Shown piece by piece: positions 25,667-40,129 of a stretch of DNA of 64,000 nucleotides (within the stretch, counting starts at the first letter, position 1; each line of letters starts with the position of its first letter). A model generated the notes under the pieces. The model saw only the letters and a program-made list of their open reading frames with translations. It had not been told where the DNA came from and searched no databases. The translations under genes and the position numbers were made by a program. Origin of the DNA: Guillardia theta CCMP2712 (Eukaryota > Protista > Cryptophyta); NCBI RefSeq assembly GCF_000315625.1, contig NW_005434666.1:321781-385780 (forward strand), read 5' to 3'.

Positions 25667-26917
25667 GTTCCAAGGAGGTACGAGAAAGAAAACGTGCGCT
25701 CTTAAGAGTATCAACTCAAACGAAAGAAGAATCAGTTCAACGTCATCTGTCTCTCAATATTCTTCATGCCGTCTCTCCATCTCTACCTCCCGCATCACTC
25801 TCCCCATCGCCCACATGCTTCACACATAAACCACTTTGTACGTTACGATATAACTGTCAGTAAAGCCGGAAGCCCCTTCTGGCCTGAGTAAAAAGTGCAG
25901 TACGGTAGTCTATCGGCCGCCGGGGCGGGGTTGGGTACTAGTATAGTCAGCTCTCTTTATTTCAAGTGGTCTCTGTGTCGAACATTTCCAAAGACTTTTG
26001 CCTCCGCTGCCATCGGAGACTAGACTCGTGACCCGCGCCGGGAGCCGCCTAGTAGGGGGCTGGACTCCTTCAAGCGGCGGATGACTCTCAGTGAGTCATC
26101 CGATCTGATTCATGAGCGGCTGCCGGCCCTCGCCGAGTCGGGTAGTCGACCTTTTCGCAATCTGGCTGCCAGGGTCACAAGTTCTTTACGGTTCAAAAAT
26201 TTATCTTTTGGTCTTCAAATGCTGGCGAGCAATCTTCTCTCTGATCTTCTCTCCTCTGACTCTCTTATCTTATCCTCCTTCTCTCGTCATTGCATCCGCT
26301 CGCCAGGCATCTCCCTTATTTGTGCACTGCACATCTAATAGCCCTGCATGAAAATCTTCGTCAGAATGGAAAATCCTTGAATGGTTATTGCTCACTCAGC
26401 ATGACTGTGAACTTGACGTTGTATCATCGTATCTTGACTTGGAGCTGCTGGATTCTTGTTTGTGTGACTTCAAGTGTAACAAACTAGTGCTCCGTCAGAG
26501 ATTCCTCCTACCGTCCGACCTCTTTTCTCAGGCTTCGGCACGCCATCAGTCACTGTCCGATCCTGATCAGAGTGTGTCACGTCACGGCGTTTGATTGACG
26601 GGCGCCGGCAGGCCTGAGATAGGCGGGTGGTCGAGTCCGAGTCGGTTTCAGCACTTCCGCCACTTGGTCTGGACTCCGGACAGCTCTCCTTCAGTCGCAT
26701 TGCAACACAAGTTGAAAGTCTCCCAATTTAGTCCGCCCGGTCATCATGGCATCCACCGGGCCCGTTGGCCCGGGCCCGGGACCGGGCTATTCAAGAAAAA
26801 AAAGTCAAACTTTACCCTACCCCCCTCCCTCATTCCTCTCTGTTGAGAGTGCACAGCCCCAACCGGGTGGGGTAGGTATTGACGGTTGCCCATTTCGGGC
26901 CATTGAACCTTTACGGC

Positions 26918-27900
26918 ATGGAGCGGAAGCGGGAGGTTGAGTACCACTGGACGCGAAGGGAGGAGAAGAGGAGGAGCGTCCGAGTCGAGAGTCACAATGC
27001 AGTCGAGGACCAGGAACGGAGCGGCAACGATGCTAGGGGAGACAAGAATCAGAGTCACCCGAGCTCAAGAAGTCTGGCCAACACCACAATGAAGAAGGAA
27101 GGCAGTAGAACGAGCTTACACAGTCACAACGATGTCCGTCAACATAGCCATGCGAGGATTTCGACTACCCGCGGTGGACCAAGGGCCTCTTCATGTCCAT
27201 GTTTTGTACTAGACAACGAGGATATGCTCAGTACTTGTACGACCAAACATGCAGATTTGATAAAGGTGGAGAGCGTCAGGAGGTATATAGGAATTTTCTT
27301 GCAACCTTTTGAATTTTTTCTGGACTTCTATGATGCCTCAATATTTGCAGGATCAGAGGACATTTTGAAGATTTGCTCAGAGATCAAGATAAAGGTGTGA
27401 ACCGGCTTGTCTTCGTTTGCCGCCCTCAACTCATTCACTTCACGCAGGAAATTCACGGAATGGCATTCAGCTCCCTCGCTACCTTCATTACAGCCCGACC
27501 AAGGGATCGAAAGCTTCGGAAGTTTGGCTTGGCAGTAATCCAAGAGGGAAGAAAAGATTTGGGATCCAAAGATTCAGGGTAATATAATCTCCATTGCACT
27601 TTGCATTGATGCCTGAGTATTGTTGACTGCAATTAGGCGGCGGCAAAAATGGTGACGGCGGCTCAAAAATTGGAAACAGATGAGATGAAAGAGAGGTGAT
27701 CAAAAACTCTTCCGATGAGACAGACGCCTGGTGTACTAAGGACAGCACAGACGCCAAGGCATCAGCTCAAAGACTCTGATGTTGCTGGAGAAGATTAAGA
27801 AACGGAATGCAGATGTGCGCGCATCATGATGTTGATTCGTCCCTCTGACCCGCTGATACTTCAGAAAGAAGCCGCCGAAAGGAATGCTCGAGAGGAGGTA
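26918..27900 (+). CDS. Hypothetical protein (multi-exon, low confidence)
   Basis: ORF 26879-27400 with an ATG near 26918 and GT..AG intron-like segments downstream. No recognisable domain. Confidence 0.3.
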
Positions 27901-28275
27901 GAGAACTTCTCCTGCTGTAAGGTCTCATGAGAGGACGAAATTTTGCAGGCCGAAAGAGCTGCTCGTGCAGCAGCCAAGGAGGATATTCCTCCATTCCCTA
28001 ACCTCATCTGGAATGTCCGAACCAGTTTAGAGGTAACACTAGTCCTGGTCAGCGAAAGGGAGTATTGTTCTCACTTACATTTCAGAGTTTCGTCGGAAAA
28101 GAAGATCTTGGAGGGGTTATTTTGGACAAGGTCAAGAACCTGTACACCATGTTACATTCGCCCTAACATCTCGAAGCATCCCGGATCTATAGAAATCTAT
28201 CTTGTACATTCATTTAAACAGACGAGGAGCTCCCTATCTCGTCATTCTACTTTACATCCTGCACAACTCTTCTAT

Positions 28276-30182
28276 TTACAAGCTGCAGAGCTGATCAGTC
28301 CATTCCAAGAGCTCGTCCAACTCTTTCTCCCACATCTCGCTGTCTGCAGGTGACATGTTGCTTGTTCGCGGTTTGGTCGAGGGGTCAACATTGCCCCTTG
28401 GCGTCTCCTCCCAAGAGGTTTCTAGGTGCGTTACATGCCCGGTGAGCCTCCAAGTCCTGCCATCACTGAAAGACTGTTCCGAAGACACGGAAGTCTCAAC
28501 GGGCGACGCATCCACATGCGGATCTGCGTGGAGGGTATCGTTTCGGTGCTGTGGATGCCCTTCTGCAGTCAGGATGAGCAGTTCACTTCTGGCTAACCCG
28601 GCCCCATGGTCTTCGTGCAAAGATTGTTCACCGTGCAACGATTGATCTCCTTGAGAGCCCTGAGTGCTGAGTCGGCTTGTTGGAGGCCTGCATATGCCGA
28701 TGCTCTCAAGAGCTTTCTTTGCCTTGTCTGCCATTTTCTTTCCATCTCGAGAGAGCAATGGAACAACAGGTTCAGAGGGATGATTTCCTCTCGGTATCCT
28801 GCTAGCTCTGCTTCCGCTGCGACTCGAGCTCAACGCGCTGCTGTCAAGGTCCTCGATCTCTCTTGAGCGATGACTGGAATGCTTGGAGGCCCTCGAAGAA
28901 ATCTGCTTCTGCAGGAAAGAGTGAGCCCTTTCGCAGGATAGAGGTCGTGGAGAAGGAGATTAGATGAAAGTTGGGACAGATGCAACGGATCCTCACATTT
29001 CGCACGGAGTCTCGTGAACGCAAGTCAGAACGTGACAAGAATTCTTCTGTGCTCAGACTGTTGTTGATCTGCGCTCCTCGATCCTCAACCCTCCAGACCT
29101 GACAAGAGGTCACATCCCCCGTCTCTGTCACGAGTGGACTGAGGAGGAAGGTTTCACCTTCTTCATCTTCTCAAGCTTCTGCTTCCTCTTGTCTTGCATC
29201 GTCACGATTTTCTTCGGCTTGATAGTCAAGGGCACATGAGGGCAGAACAGCAGCACAGCCTCACCGGCTTCGTGATCTTCGTCGATTCGGACCTTCGATG
29301 TATCATATCTGACTGCACATATCTAGACATCGGGCTGCAACGTTGAGGTCTCAGTGCAAACAACAGCAATCAGCCAGGCTGACCTCGTCTGGATCGCGTG
29401 CATGATCAGGCGCTCTGCCTCCTGCTCCACCATCTCAACGGCCGAAAACATCACAAGTCCCGGCTCACCTTCTCAGTCTTGGAGGTCGCGATGTCTCGCC
29501 AGATGGAGTAGTACTCAAGATAGTCATCCTGACTAGCATCCGACCTCCGGGAGCTCGACAGGTTCGAGGGCAAGCGCCCGGGGGTGCTCTGGACTGACCG
29601 AACACTCCCGGGGGTGAAGCATTTCTCAGTAGTCTCGCTCTTGGCCGTGATGATGTACCTTGGATGGTTCGAAGGGCAAACGTCACATGTCGACATACAA
29701 GCTCAGCTATCTCCCTACCTGTCCCCTGCTGGATGCTGCCGGATGATGAAATTCGACAGGTCCGAGCCTTGGCTGAGGGGTAGTCAGAGGGTCCTCTATG
29801 CATGCGACATTCTGAAGCGCAAACCTTCGATGTGCATTCTGCGTCACTTTTTGCTGTTCCTTGTTCATCGGTTTCGTTCCGTTCTCTCCTTTTGCAGTGG
29901 AATTTCTGTCCTTCCAAGGAGATTTCGCCATTTCTACGTCAAAGCGCAGCCTCCGGTCTAGAATTCATGCTTGAAATTCCGGAGGGCCTATGGCAACCGC
30001 TGGAGTTCTAACGGGTCTTGAACCAAAGATTGTGAACCTCTAGCTCGAACCCCTCTCACCCACACACTCTACGACTTCCAGACGACTCCTGGACTCAACA
30101 GGGCACCAAACCCTTCTGAATGCACGAAGCTTCAAGAGCTTGTCTCGGCAGCAAGGGATTCTTCAGCCTCAGCCTCGGCATG
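28276..30182 (-). CDS. Hypothetical low-complexity protein (multi-exon)
   Basis: Chain of minus-strand ORFs (29465-29917, 29451-29696, 28844-29131, 28276-28833) ending in MWEKELDELLEWTDQLCSL*. No domain recognised. Confidence 0.4.
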
Positions 30183-31608
30183 ACAGGGAGGTTCCATCAT
30201 ATGGCTCCTCCTACTTCTCTCCGTCTTCCTTGCTCCCCCTCTCCCTCCTTGTCTCCCCGTCCTCTCCCTTAACTTCCCAGCGATTTCTGCCATTCCGTTG
30301 GACTGACCGAACCGCGAGACGTTACAAAAGCTAAATAATACAATAACGGACGCAGTTCCGCCCGTACTGATTTTTTAACTTAACTTTCAGAGCCTAGTAG
30401 CGGCGGCCGCACTGCAAGGGCGGCCCGCCGGGCCCGGGGCCCTGGGGGCCGCGCCCGAGTCACGGATTCCCAGTGAACTCACGAGTCAGGCAGTTCCGAC
30501 AGTTTGAGTCAAAGTTCGGCGGCACTCCAGGGTTTGGTTCTCGCACTGAGTGTCAGGCCCGGCCGGGTCAAGCCGCTCCGCCGAGGCTCCCGGGACTCCT
30601 CATCATAGTAAGCCGCAGTCACAGTTGACTGGCACAAGACAAAAGGGACTCCAGAAACCGTTGAACGGTCCGATCAGTGAGTCCCGGTTCGCTCAGCTGC
30701 ACAGGCTCAGTGCACGCCCGGCGCCACCGTGACTGAGCCGCTCCCGGGCCGGGCCCGGTTGCCTCCGGGACCGGGCCCGGGGCCTCCAGTAGGTTTATCA
30801 CAGGATCTCCTTGAGGATCGACAACAGAACAGTTCTCTTTAGTGCCTATAGTTGTTTTTTTATATGCGTCAACACCGGTGTGTTTGATATGCAATATGTG
30901 GGTCAAGCATGGGGTGAATGAATTTCGTTCGCCAGGATCCTGCTATGGCATGCCATTCATGCTGTACGGGACGAGTAGCACAGGAGCGGAGTGAAGGATG
31001 GTGGAGAGGAAGGGGTGAAGGGGTGAGAAGGGAGTAGAAGGGCCGTTGAGAGAAACTAGCTGGCGACATCTGAAGGAATGGCAGAGGCTGTTTGACAAAC
31101 AAACACTCAATGAAAGATCTTCATGGCACAGGAAGATGTATTCTGTGGGGAATCAAACTGATTTCATATTCTGAAAGCTGAAGAAAACAAAGACATTAGT
31201 GGTTCAGAATTGACACTGAGCTCTAGAAGGCTTCCACCCGATGATAGAATCTGTTAAGTGAGAGTCAGGACCGGAACGGGTGGTGTTGTTGAGATGCGAT
31301 TGGGCGGTGGAAGCTGGGAGAAGCTCGAGGCATTAGGAGGTTGATCGAGAGGATCTCAGAGGGTTTTCAGCTTCTTGAGTACTTACCGACTGTTTGTTGC
31401 AGCTCTTGTTTTCGCCTCACACCGCCGACCCCCGAGCAAACAATGGAACAGACCTTGCTAACACCATGATCGATCCTGCCAGGATTCCAATCCTTGTGGC
31501 TCTCTCGTCCTGTCGTCTTTGACATGCTGTCATGCTGTCTCCTACGCTCTTGCACTTGATTCTTCTTGACAAGCTTTGTCCTCGACGATGAAGGAATCCA
31601 TGGCCACC

Positions 31609-34370
31609 GGCCGCTTGCCCTGCGGTCGCATGGGACGAATTCCCTTCCTATTGAAGTTCGTTCTCCTCGCTCATCTGGTATGGAGGCCACAGGCAGGAGC
31701 CCGCACAGAGACGTCTCAAGGTCCTCAAGTCGTGCAGACGCCTTCCATGCAGGAGAGCAGGAGGAGTGAAGCATGTTGGGTCGGTCTCAGGTTGCGAGGA
31801 GGACAGGAAGGCGGGGCAGGGTGGAGCCTGTTGGAGCGCTACGACAGGGCTTCACGTGTACAGCCGGAGGAGGGCTCAGGCATCGTAGAGGCTCGTGGAG
31901 GGGAGCAGCATGTGGATGCTGCTGTCAGGCAGAAGCATGAGGAAGGGAAAGGTGAACGAGTGAGCCCGGGGGATCAACCGACGATCCTCAAGGCACGGGG
32001 ATATGCTGGGATCCGACTTGAACATGCCATCGCTCGGCGACGAGTGATGAAGATGAGGTCAAGCAACGCGAGCAGGTTGATGGAGAGCCCATATCTCCCT
32101 CTCTTCCTGTGCAAAGGTGGCAGAGATGCTGGTAAGGGAGCATGGCTGGGGTTGGGTCGCCGTTGCTGATTCCCAGTGCGCAGTCATTCAGATGCAAAGG
32201 AGGCGCCTGTGGAGACTTGGACTGCAGAACCCGGTGAGGCGAAGGGAAGAGAGACCTCCTGTGACTGAGAGGCTCCTTGTGGGACAGGAGAGACTTGGGG
32301 AGGACGAGGGCCCGCTGCTCGAGACTGAGCAGTTGTTCGAGCCGGACAACTTGATTCGACTCCAGGTCCGTCCGTGGTTTCTTCTCTTGTGTGTGCCCTG
32401 CCTTCCATGCTTGGGGCGATTTCTTCATATTTGGCTGCTGTCGTGTATTACTTTGCTCCTCGAGCAACAGCGACTGAAGGGCTGGGGCAGGTGAACGACT
32501 GGAAACCCCATCTGGACGTGGGGGAGAAGGAGCAGACGCTGTTCATCGACAAGATGTTGAGAGAGCAGACGGCAGCGGTGACGGAGGAGCATTGCGGGAA
32601 TGACATGACGGATGACTGAGATGGCAGGGTCGTCTGAAACTCCTCGTTGAGTCCAGTGGGAAACTTGGAGAGAAGACTATTGAACAATGGAGGCGACACC
32701 TCAGCATCATCTCCCAAAAGATCCGGGCGCTCCAGGAGCATTGCGCTGCCTGCGATTCGGAGGAGGTGGATCGTGAGGCCGGTTGCACGTTGAAGCAAGT
32801 TGAGACTTGCAGCCTGAATCGTTTTGAAGATGAAATCATGGCTGCCATCAACAACATCGACGACGTGTGCTCTGCACTCTACGACTTCAAGGAGGAGGTA
32901 AGAGGCTCCCCTGCGTTCGGTGCTGCTGGGCTGACCAGGTTGAGAAGGAAGAGATGGGCGTCCCGGTGGAGTGCACTCAGAGATACCTCTACCTTGATGT
33001 GCCAAACATTCCCCGCCCTCTGCCTGTTTGCTGAGTATCTTGTAGATGGCCATAATGGGCTGGGAGTTCATTTTCTCATCCCTTCAGGAAGATTCTCAGG
33101 ATTGCATCTTTGACGGCTCGTTGCTCCCGGAGGGCTTCCCCAGCAACGGCAGCATCGTCGAGCCGGCATCCGTCTCCTCCCCCATCATCTACAACTTCAG
33201 GCTCAATCACTCCGTCGTCCCTCTCAACAGGTCGAGCAAGCTCATCATGGGTAATGACTCGAACTTCCAGCTCTGCGCCTTTGAGAGGTGACGAGTCTCC
33301 TCTCCCTTGTGGGGCCTGAAGGAGTTTTCCTGCAGTGAGGAGACGGTCCTGGATTTCGCTTTCCTCCATTCGGTCCCTGTCGACCCGTACGAGTCTGTTG
33401 GCTAACCTCCCTCGCCCAGACTCTCGGCGACTGCTACTTCGAGCGGGTGCTCGGACCTCCGTACGCCCGCGTCTTCACCCGCGATGATCGACAGCAGAAC
33501 CTCAGGAGGGCGATGAAGGTGATTCCATCCCCTCCCCTCCTCGTCCCTCCTCCTCGTCTCTCATCCTCTTCCTCCTTGTCCCTCCTCCTCGTCCGTCCTG
33601 ACGAGTTGTGCCAGCACTACGACAATGCCAGACAACTGTTTCTCATGCAGAACCCTTTACATTGGGCAAGATGCAACATCGGAATTGCGCAGTGCCTCCT
33701 CCACCTCCCCTTCCCCTATATCGTATCTTGTCGACTCTCCGCTCTCCTCTTTCTGTAACCCACCTTGAAGGACGAGCAGTTGCTGCGCATTGAGCGCGAG
33801 GCGGACGTGGGCAAGATGAGGTTGGATGTGGGGGGCAACAGGAAGGGCGACAGGGCGAGAAATCTGCTGCTGGGTTAGCGATGTTTTGCTGTTCTTCTTG
33901 TCACTCAGTTCATCAGCCTTCTGCCTGCTCCATGAAGCCTCCGTCCTCCTTGAGCCTCTCCGAACCAAGCTGTCCGTCCTCAAGGACTGGGCGCAGGTGA
34001 GACGGGAGGCAGCCAGCGCAGACTAACTGACGGCTGGGTTCGCGACAGGCCAAGTACACGATGACGTCTTGCTTGCTGGAGATGGGAGCAGGTGTAACAG
34101 ATCTCATGGTATCCTTCTTGACTGATCGTGTGCCTTGGAGGAGCAGACGGAGCGAGCCGCCATGTCTACGAGGTGCTCACATACCTTGAGGAGAACCGGG
34201 TCGAGTTGCCCGAGGATCAAAGTATCCTAGCTCTCGTGGGAGCGTCGCAACTGACGTTGACTGCAGAGGCATACATCCACCGTCAGTTAGTCTTCTTGAA
34301 GTGCTCGAAGTAAAGTGCAGCCTTAGAGACTGAGACCCGACCGTGTTTCCCGTCTAACATCTTTACTGCC
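31609..34370 (+). CDS. Hypothetical protein(s): hydrophobic leader + LRLRGG, C-terminal TPR-like helices; could be one or two genes
   Basis: ORF 31576-32169 plus many short exons. TPR-like LGDCYFERV...NLRRAMK/HYDNARQLF...HWARCNIGIAQCLL at ~33420-33710. Confidence 0.45.
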
Positions 34371-34579
34371 TTATTCATGATCATGGAACTATCTAGCAGC
34401 CCATCCTCGATAAGTCGAAGATGAGAGGATATCCGACCTAAGTTTAACATTTCGAGCCAGCGCAGCTTCGATCATCCATCAAAAAAAGCTCAAACACAGA
34501 AACAATCCAACTTCTTCGACAGATCGTGTTCCCACATGTTGTCCTCGATGCATCACCCTCTGACTCTTGACAGAAAACC

Positions 34580-35449
34580 TCAAATCTTGTACTTTGCCTC
34601 CTTCTTGTTCCCATCGCTTTTGTTCTTGATGCTCTGGAGCGCATCGTTGTGAACGTGGTACTCGATGGAATCCTCGGGGACCTTGAAGGTTGTCACAAGT
34701 TGACACACCAACTCACTTCTCACCTCGGTGCCCAGGCACTCAGAGATGGCAGCTTTGAACTGTTGACCGATCTCCCGACATGACTTCTCATCGTCAGCAG
34801 ACTTGGTCCAGACTGCCACTCTGTCTCCCGCCTTGCGCAAACTTTGGAGAAACAAACAGTCATCTCGACCTCACGCAACATCAAGCAAGACGTCTCAATC
34901 ACCTGATGACAGCTCCGCAAAGCTCATCCCCAGCGTCGAAGTTCTCTCCGATCATTGCGAGAACAGTGTAAAGCCACATGTCATCAATCAGCTTCTTGCC
35001 ATCCTTCTTTGGGATGCTACAGAAATCAAGTCAGGATCCGTCCTGCTCTGCCTGCAAGCCGGCATCACCTGTACGTCCACTTCCCCCCATTCATGTTCGT
35101 CGCATGTTCCCAAGTCGGCTCGATGCCAAGCTTGAACAAGTGATAGTTCGAGCCAGGATTGAGACGCGAGGGAGGACGAATGTTGTTGAAGATTCCCCAA
35201 AAGTCCTCGACCACGTCAAAAGTCGCAACCTGTTCCATCCCCAGTGTCAACGCACCAGCAGCTCCGCTTGCTCAACTTCATACTGCTCACCTTCTTCAAG
35301 TTCGAAGACCAGTCCTTCGCTCCCAGACGTTTGACTGGGTTGTCGAACCACAACACCCATGCGTTTTGCAGCGGATGCTTGACAGTGAGCTCCGACGAAG
35401 GCGCTGCTGCCTGATCCTTGTCATTCTGTGCTTCTGATCTTTCAGACAT
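34580..35449 (-). CDS. eIF4E: Eukaryotic translation initiation factor 4E (class I-like)
   Basis: [69 protein letters not shown]. Several short introns. Confidence 0.95.
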
Positions 35450-36776
35450 TGTCCTTTGACGTTGTATGTCCTGCTTGATTCCTTTCAATGTTCAGCGATT
35501 GTCTTGTGTCTTCTGCAAAGTTTTTTGTGTCGTTGAGAGGTAGTTCCTAGTACTCTTGAAGAAACAAGTGCTCCTTCACAAACTCAAGCAGGCTTCCTGA
35601 AAAGGGGAAGAGGAGTTAATCAACCATCGAGCTTACAAGGAAGTAAAGCAAGCAAGCAAGCAAGCTTCGTCCATGTCAAATATCCTCACAGCCCTGCACT
35701 TGAATTGAAGCATGGCCGGCAATGCACATGACTCCCAGCGTACCTTTTACACACAGCAACTAATCCTTTCCTTCCCTCGCATTCAAACTCCTGTCAAGAG
35801 CTGACTGTGCTTGTTGCATCCCTTGATTGACAGCTGTCCTCTTCTAAAATCCATATGACAACCTGTCCCTGCGCTAACCATCTCCCGCTAATCATGTGCC
35901 CCTTATCACGGATGAAGTTGCCATAGCCTCGACTTCTTCCTCATGCACCTGCTTTAATCTGTCCTCCTCCTCCTCCTCCCCCTCCCCCTCTCTCTCTTCC
36001 TCCTCCCTCCGCTGCTCCAACCCTGCCATCCTGTGGCCACATCAGCCCGCGCCCATCCCCTTCGGCGCTGCAATAATTCCGTCAGGGGAACCTACTCACT
36101 ACTCTTTGAAAACTGTTTGAAATCTTTCGGTCCGAATTAGATTCTATCAAGAAGAAAATGACTGTTTGAGCACAGTTTTAGGGGTAATTTTCATCGAAAC
36201 TTCAACCCCACCCCCACCCCAGGGTGGTATCACTTCTGCTCCTCGTGCCATAACGGTTTCCTACATTTCCTGTAACGGGTTCTCACCCCGCGGAAGAGGT
36301 CTTTGATCACCCCACCCCTCCAATTCAAGCTACGAACAACTACCCCTACCCCTACCTCACCTATTGTTTATCACCCTACCTTTCTTTTTAAATCTTTTAT
36401 AGCTAAACTTGGTGGGTACTCTAATTACCCCACCCTCAAATTGTCGCGGATCGACCTACCAGTTGCAGGTGATACCCCACCCACCTTCCCCCCCGGAGGG
36501 CACAGTCGTTTCCCGGGTTTAGACATATAACAGAAATTTTAATTTCTTGTTACAAAAATTATTAATTAAATAATTTTAAACCTACTTTGTCCGGTTGGTT
36601 GTACCAACCTTGTACATATAAAATAATATATTTATGACCCATGCTTTCAATCGGTATACCATAACCAAATTATAAATATTTTATATTAAAAAATTACTCG
36701 GACTGAGTCCGACGGCCCGGCCGGGCCCCCCCGTCCGTCCGAGCCACCACGCCCGACGAATTTCAACGCTCGCACA

Positions 36777-37841
36777 ATGCCAGGAGTTCGTTTTGGGGGA
36801 GAAGCGCCGGGAATGGGGGAGAGAAGGTGTGATGCACAGCCGTACCAGCCTCACAGCATCATCATCATCCTCCTCCTCGCACTTGCTGCTGTTGCATAAG
36901 TTCTCGTCTCGTTTGATATCTTTGTTTCCATCCCACCCATCTCTCCCTCACTTTTTAAAAGTACGAGCCTGACGTCTGGTTTTTGAGCAGGTCTACGTCG
37001 AGCAGCAGAAAGGTCTGTATGCAAGTAGATGCCAAAACAGAAGAAGACACTCCACGAGCAAGAACTCCTTCTTTAACGAAGAAAGCAATGGAGCTGTGGG
37101 CCCTTGACAGGAAACAGTGTAAGCTCGCTGCTGCCATGGGTCAGTTGAAAGACGGAAAAATCCCTTCGCATGCTGATGTCCTACTGGAAGCTCTTGTAAA
37201 ACACGAGTCGGAGATGAATATGCAGGAAGAGAGGGCTGTTGAAAGGGAGAGGAGGAAACGAGAGTTGGACCTTCGAAGACAAAAGACTTTGGAGGAACGG
37301 AGAGCAGCGGTTGCGAACAAGCAGGAAGTTATTTTAGAGAAGAAAGTGGCGAGAGCGAACGAGAGAGTTGAAACGTTGGAGATGAGACGGAGGTTGAAGG
37401 AGAATGATGAGCAACACTTGCTGGAGCTGAAGGCGACGCAACAACAGTACAGGCGCGAACGTGAAAGGTTCGAGCTGGTCGAGAGAGAATGGATCAAGCA
37501 AGATGCGAGGAACAAGAGCATGCAGGAGAGAGAAGCAATTCGGAGAGTAAGATCCTCCTGTCTCGTCAGCAACGAGCTCATCTTGTTGGCAGGTTCATGC
37601 CCACCACCGACAGATGGCCGACTACCAGCTGGAGGAGGAGACCCAAAGTGCCCGAAGGGATGAGAAAGTTGAGAGGCTGAAGAGCGAGCAGACGTTGAAG
37701 GAGCGGCGAGATCCGCAGGTCATGCGAGCGGATCCCGGGAGCCCAGCGGTGATGATGGGACACAGCAAGAGCGTGATCCCTTACGCCAACCAGCAGAGGC
37801 CCTGGGCCTTCCGGTTGTCTCGATGGCAGCATGCAGATTGA
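36777..37841 (+). CDS. Hypothetical coiled-coil protein
   Basis: E/R/K-rich ORF 36983-37663, an intron at ~37546-37592 and a terminal exon to 37841. The start is inferred. Confidence 0.6.
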
Positions 37842-38019
37842 TGAGCGACTATGGAGGGAGTGATGGAGGCTGTCCAGTCATTGGACAGAAGCTCGTTCTT
37901 GAATGTGTTCAGAGCAAAGGAAGTAAAGAAGTTCGTGTTGATAGTAAAGGAGCAAAGAAGGTCATACACATGTGGAAAAGAAGGCAGAGGCGTGGCTTTC
38001 TTGGGTCTAGGCGCCACCA

Positions 38020-40129
38020 TTAGCGTTGCCGTTGGCACCTGGCCCGTTGCGACTCACCATCTTCGTTCGATTCTTTTCTCTGCGCGCAAGTCAGCCGGAC
38101 GGGATTCGAGGCAGCGGAGCCTGATGCGAACCTCCTCGAGACGAGGCGACGGAGGGCGAAGAACGCAAAGATGTGCGTGCCCAGCCAGAGAGCTATGAGG
38201 CACAAAATGTTCTGATAGATCTTGAGATCTCCATCGGCCCCCAGCTGCTTTAGAACCTGATCGCCTGTCAGCCTACCGACGGCAGCAAGAGGAGAACGCT
38301 CGTCACCTGCTCGCCTGTCATCGTTGGGCAGATACACTTGGGCTGTTGCGGGGTGCAGCTTGGCCCCGTGGTGAGCTCGCTAGGAAGACACGAGAACTCA
38401 AGGCCACTTGAAACAAGTCAGCCAGAAGAGCGCACGCAGAAGAGAAAGTCCACCTGAACTCCAGCAGGGCGTAAGCTTCGAAGGCGTACTTCATCGGCGA
38501 GATGTACTTGATCCAGTTAAAGTACGGAGGGATCGAGTTTGTGTTGATGAAGAAACCCGAGAAAATCATTAGCGGGAGAATCAGAGGGGGGGCAGCGATG
38601 AGTGTTATCCTCAGGTCCGAGAAGATTGAGGCGATGAAGATTCCAAGACCGTTCCCCGCGTTGGTGTTGAGAAGGTGTACCACCAAGAAGAGCCCGAACG
38701 TCGCCGCATCGTTCTTGAGTTTCAGTGACCAATACACTATGCAAGCTTGAACGGTGGGAAAGATGATGTTGTGAGGTAACTCAGAGAACACTTTGGGAAT
38801 AAAATATGACATCACGCTGTACATGCCTAGAGCCTGCTCTCTTTCGAACACAATCTTTTCTTGCGCGAAAGCCGAAAGCATGGAGAAGGCGTTCATGACC
38901 ATGTTCATAGCAAAGAAAAACAACGCGCCAGTCCTCGCTTGAATGTCGATTTGATAACGCCCCAGGTCATGATAGATGAGTGCCACGATCGATCCCAGTA
39001 CCAACGCCTGCGCAAGCTTCGCTCGAGCAATCATTGGGTTGCGAACAACATTCTTCATGCTCCGGGCGTACAGGGTACTCATTTGAGAGAGAATTCCTGG
39101 ACGTAGCTCAAGGTCGTTGACGTTGAACTCAACGGCCTTCGTGGTCGACTTGAGCATCGAGTCCACTTGCGCAGAGCCGTTGTAGTGCTCAAGTAACCTC
39201 GTTGTGCGCGCCAGAAGACCTGCCTTGTCACCGTCCTCCTCCATCTCCACGTCATTCAGAACGTTCATGAACAAATGATCCGCTGGGTTCACGTAGGGCG
39301 GACACCTTAGTCCTAGCTCGCCGAAGTAGTCCACCATCTCAGCCGCCTTTCCCTGGTACATAATCTCTCCATTGGCCAACACCAACAGGTTATCAAAGCA
39401 GTGGAACGTGTCGGAGCTCGGCTGATGGATTGTAGCGACAACTGTCCTCCCTGCTGCTGCCAGTTGGCGAAGGGTGTCGACAACGCTGAAGGCCATGAAC
39501 GTGTCAAGACCTGTCGTGGGCTCGTCGAGGAAGAGAATTGAAGGGTTCGTGATCAGCTCCATCCCGATCGCACATCGCTTCCTTTCACCACCTGAAATCC
39601 CTCCCTTGGCTGTCGGCGACCCGATCCTTGTATTGGAGCATTTCTCGAGATGGAGGATCTCGATGACGTGTTTCACTCTCTCCGCCTTCTCCTCCTTCGT
39701 CATACCCTTGGGCAGCCTGAGGTCCGCAGACATCTGGATGGCTTCCCGCACAGTCATCGACGCCATGAGCTGATCATCCTGGAAAACAAACGCGCTGATA
39801 CGACGCATTGTGTCCACCCCCACCTCTGCGCCATTCACCAAGATCTCTCCTTCAATGAAACCTCCCGCGGACTCTCCAGCAATAGCGTTCAGCATGGTAG
39901 TCTTTCCCGCTCCGCTTGCCCCCATGATGGCTGTCAAAGTGCCAGGCTGGAAGACCCCTGTGATGCCTTTCAAGATGTCCTTACTCACCATCTTCTTCTT
40001 GGAACCGCAGATCCCTTTCTGAGGGGCGTCGTCGTGAGAGGGCACGAGTACGCGGTAGTATAAGTCCTTGAAGACAACCGATAGCGGAGGACATTCTGAT
40101 GACTGGAACGACAAGTTTGTCGAAGTCAT
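38020..40129 (-). CDS. ABC transporter G family (White-like) half transporter, NBD-TMD
   Basis: Walker A GASGAGKT, signature ISGGERKR, Walker B LFLDEPTTGLD and H-loop TIHQPS, followed by ABC2 membrane helices. 3' exons approximate. Confidence 0.95.
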
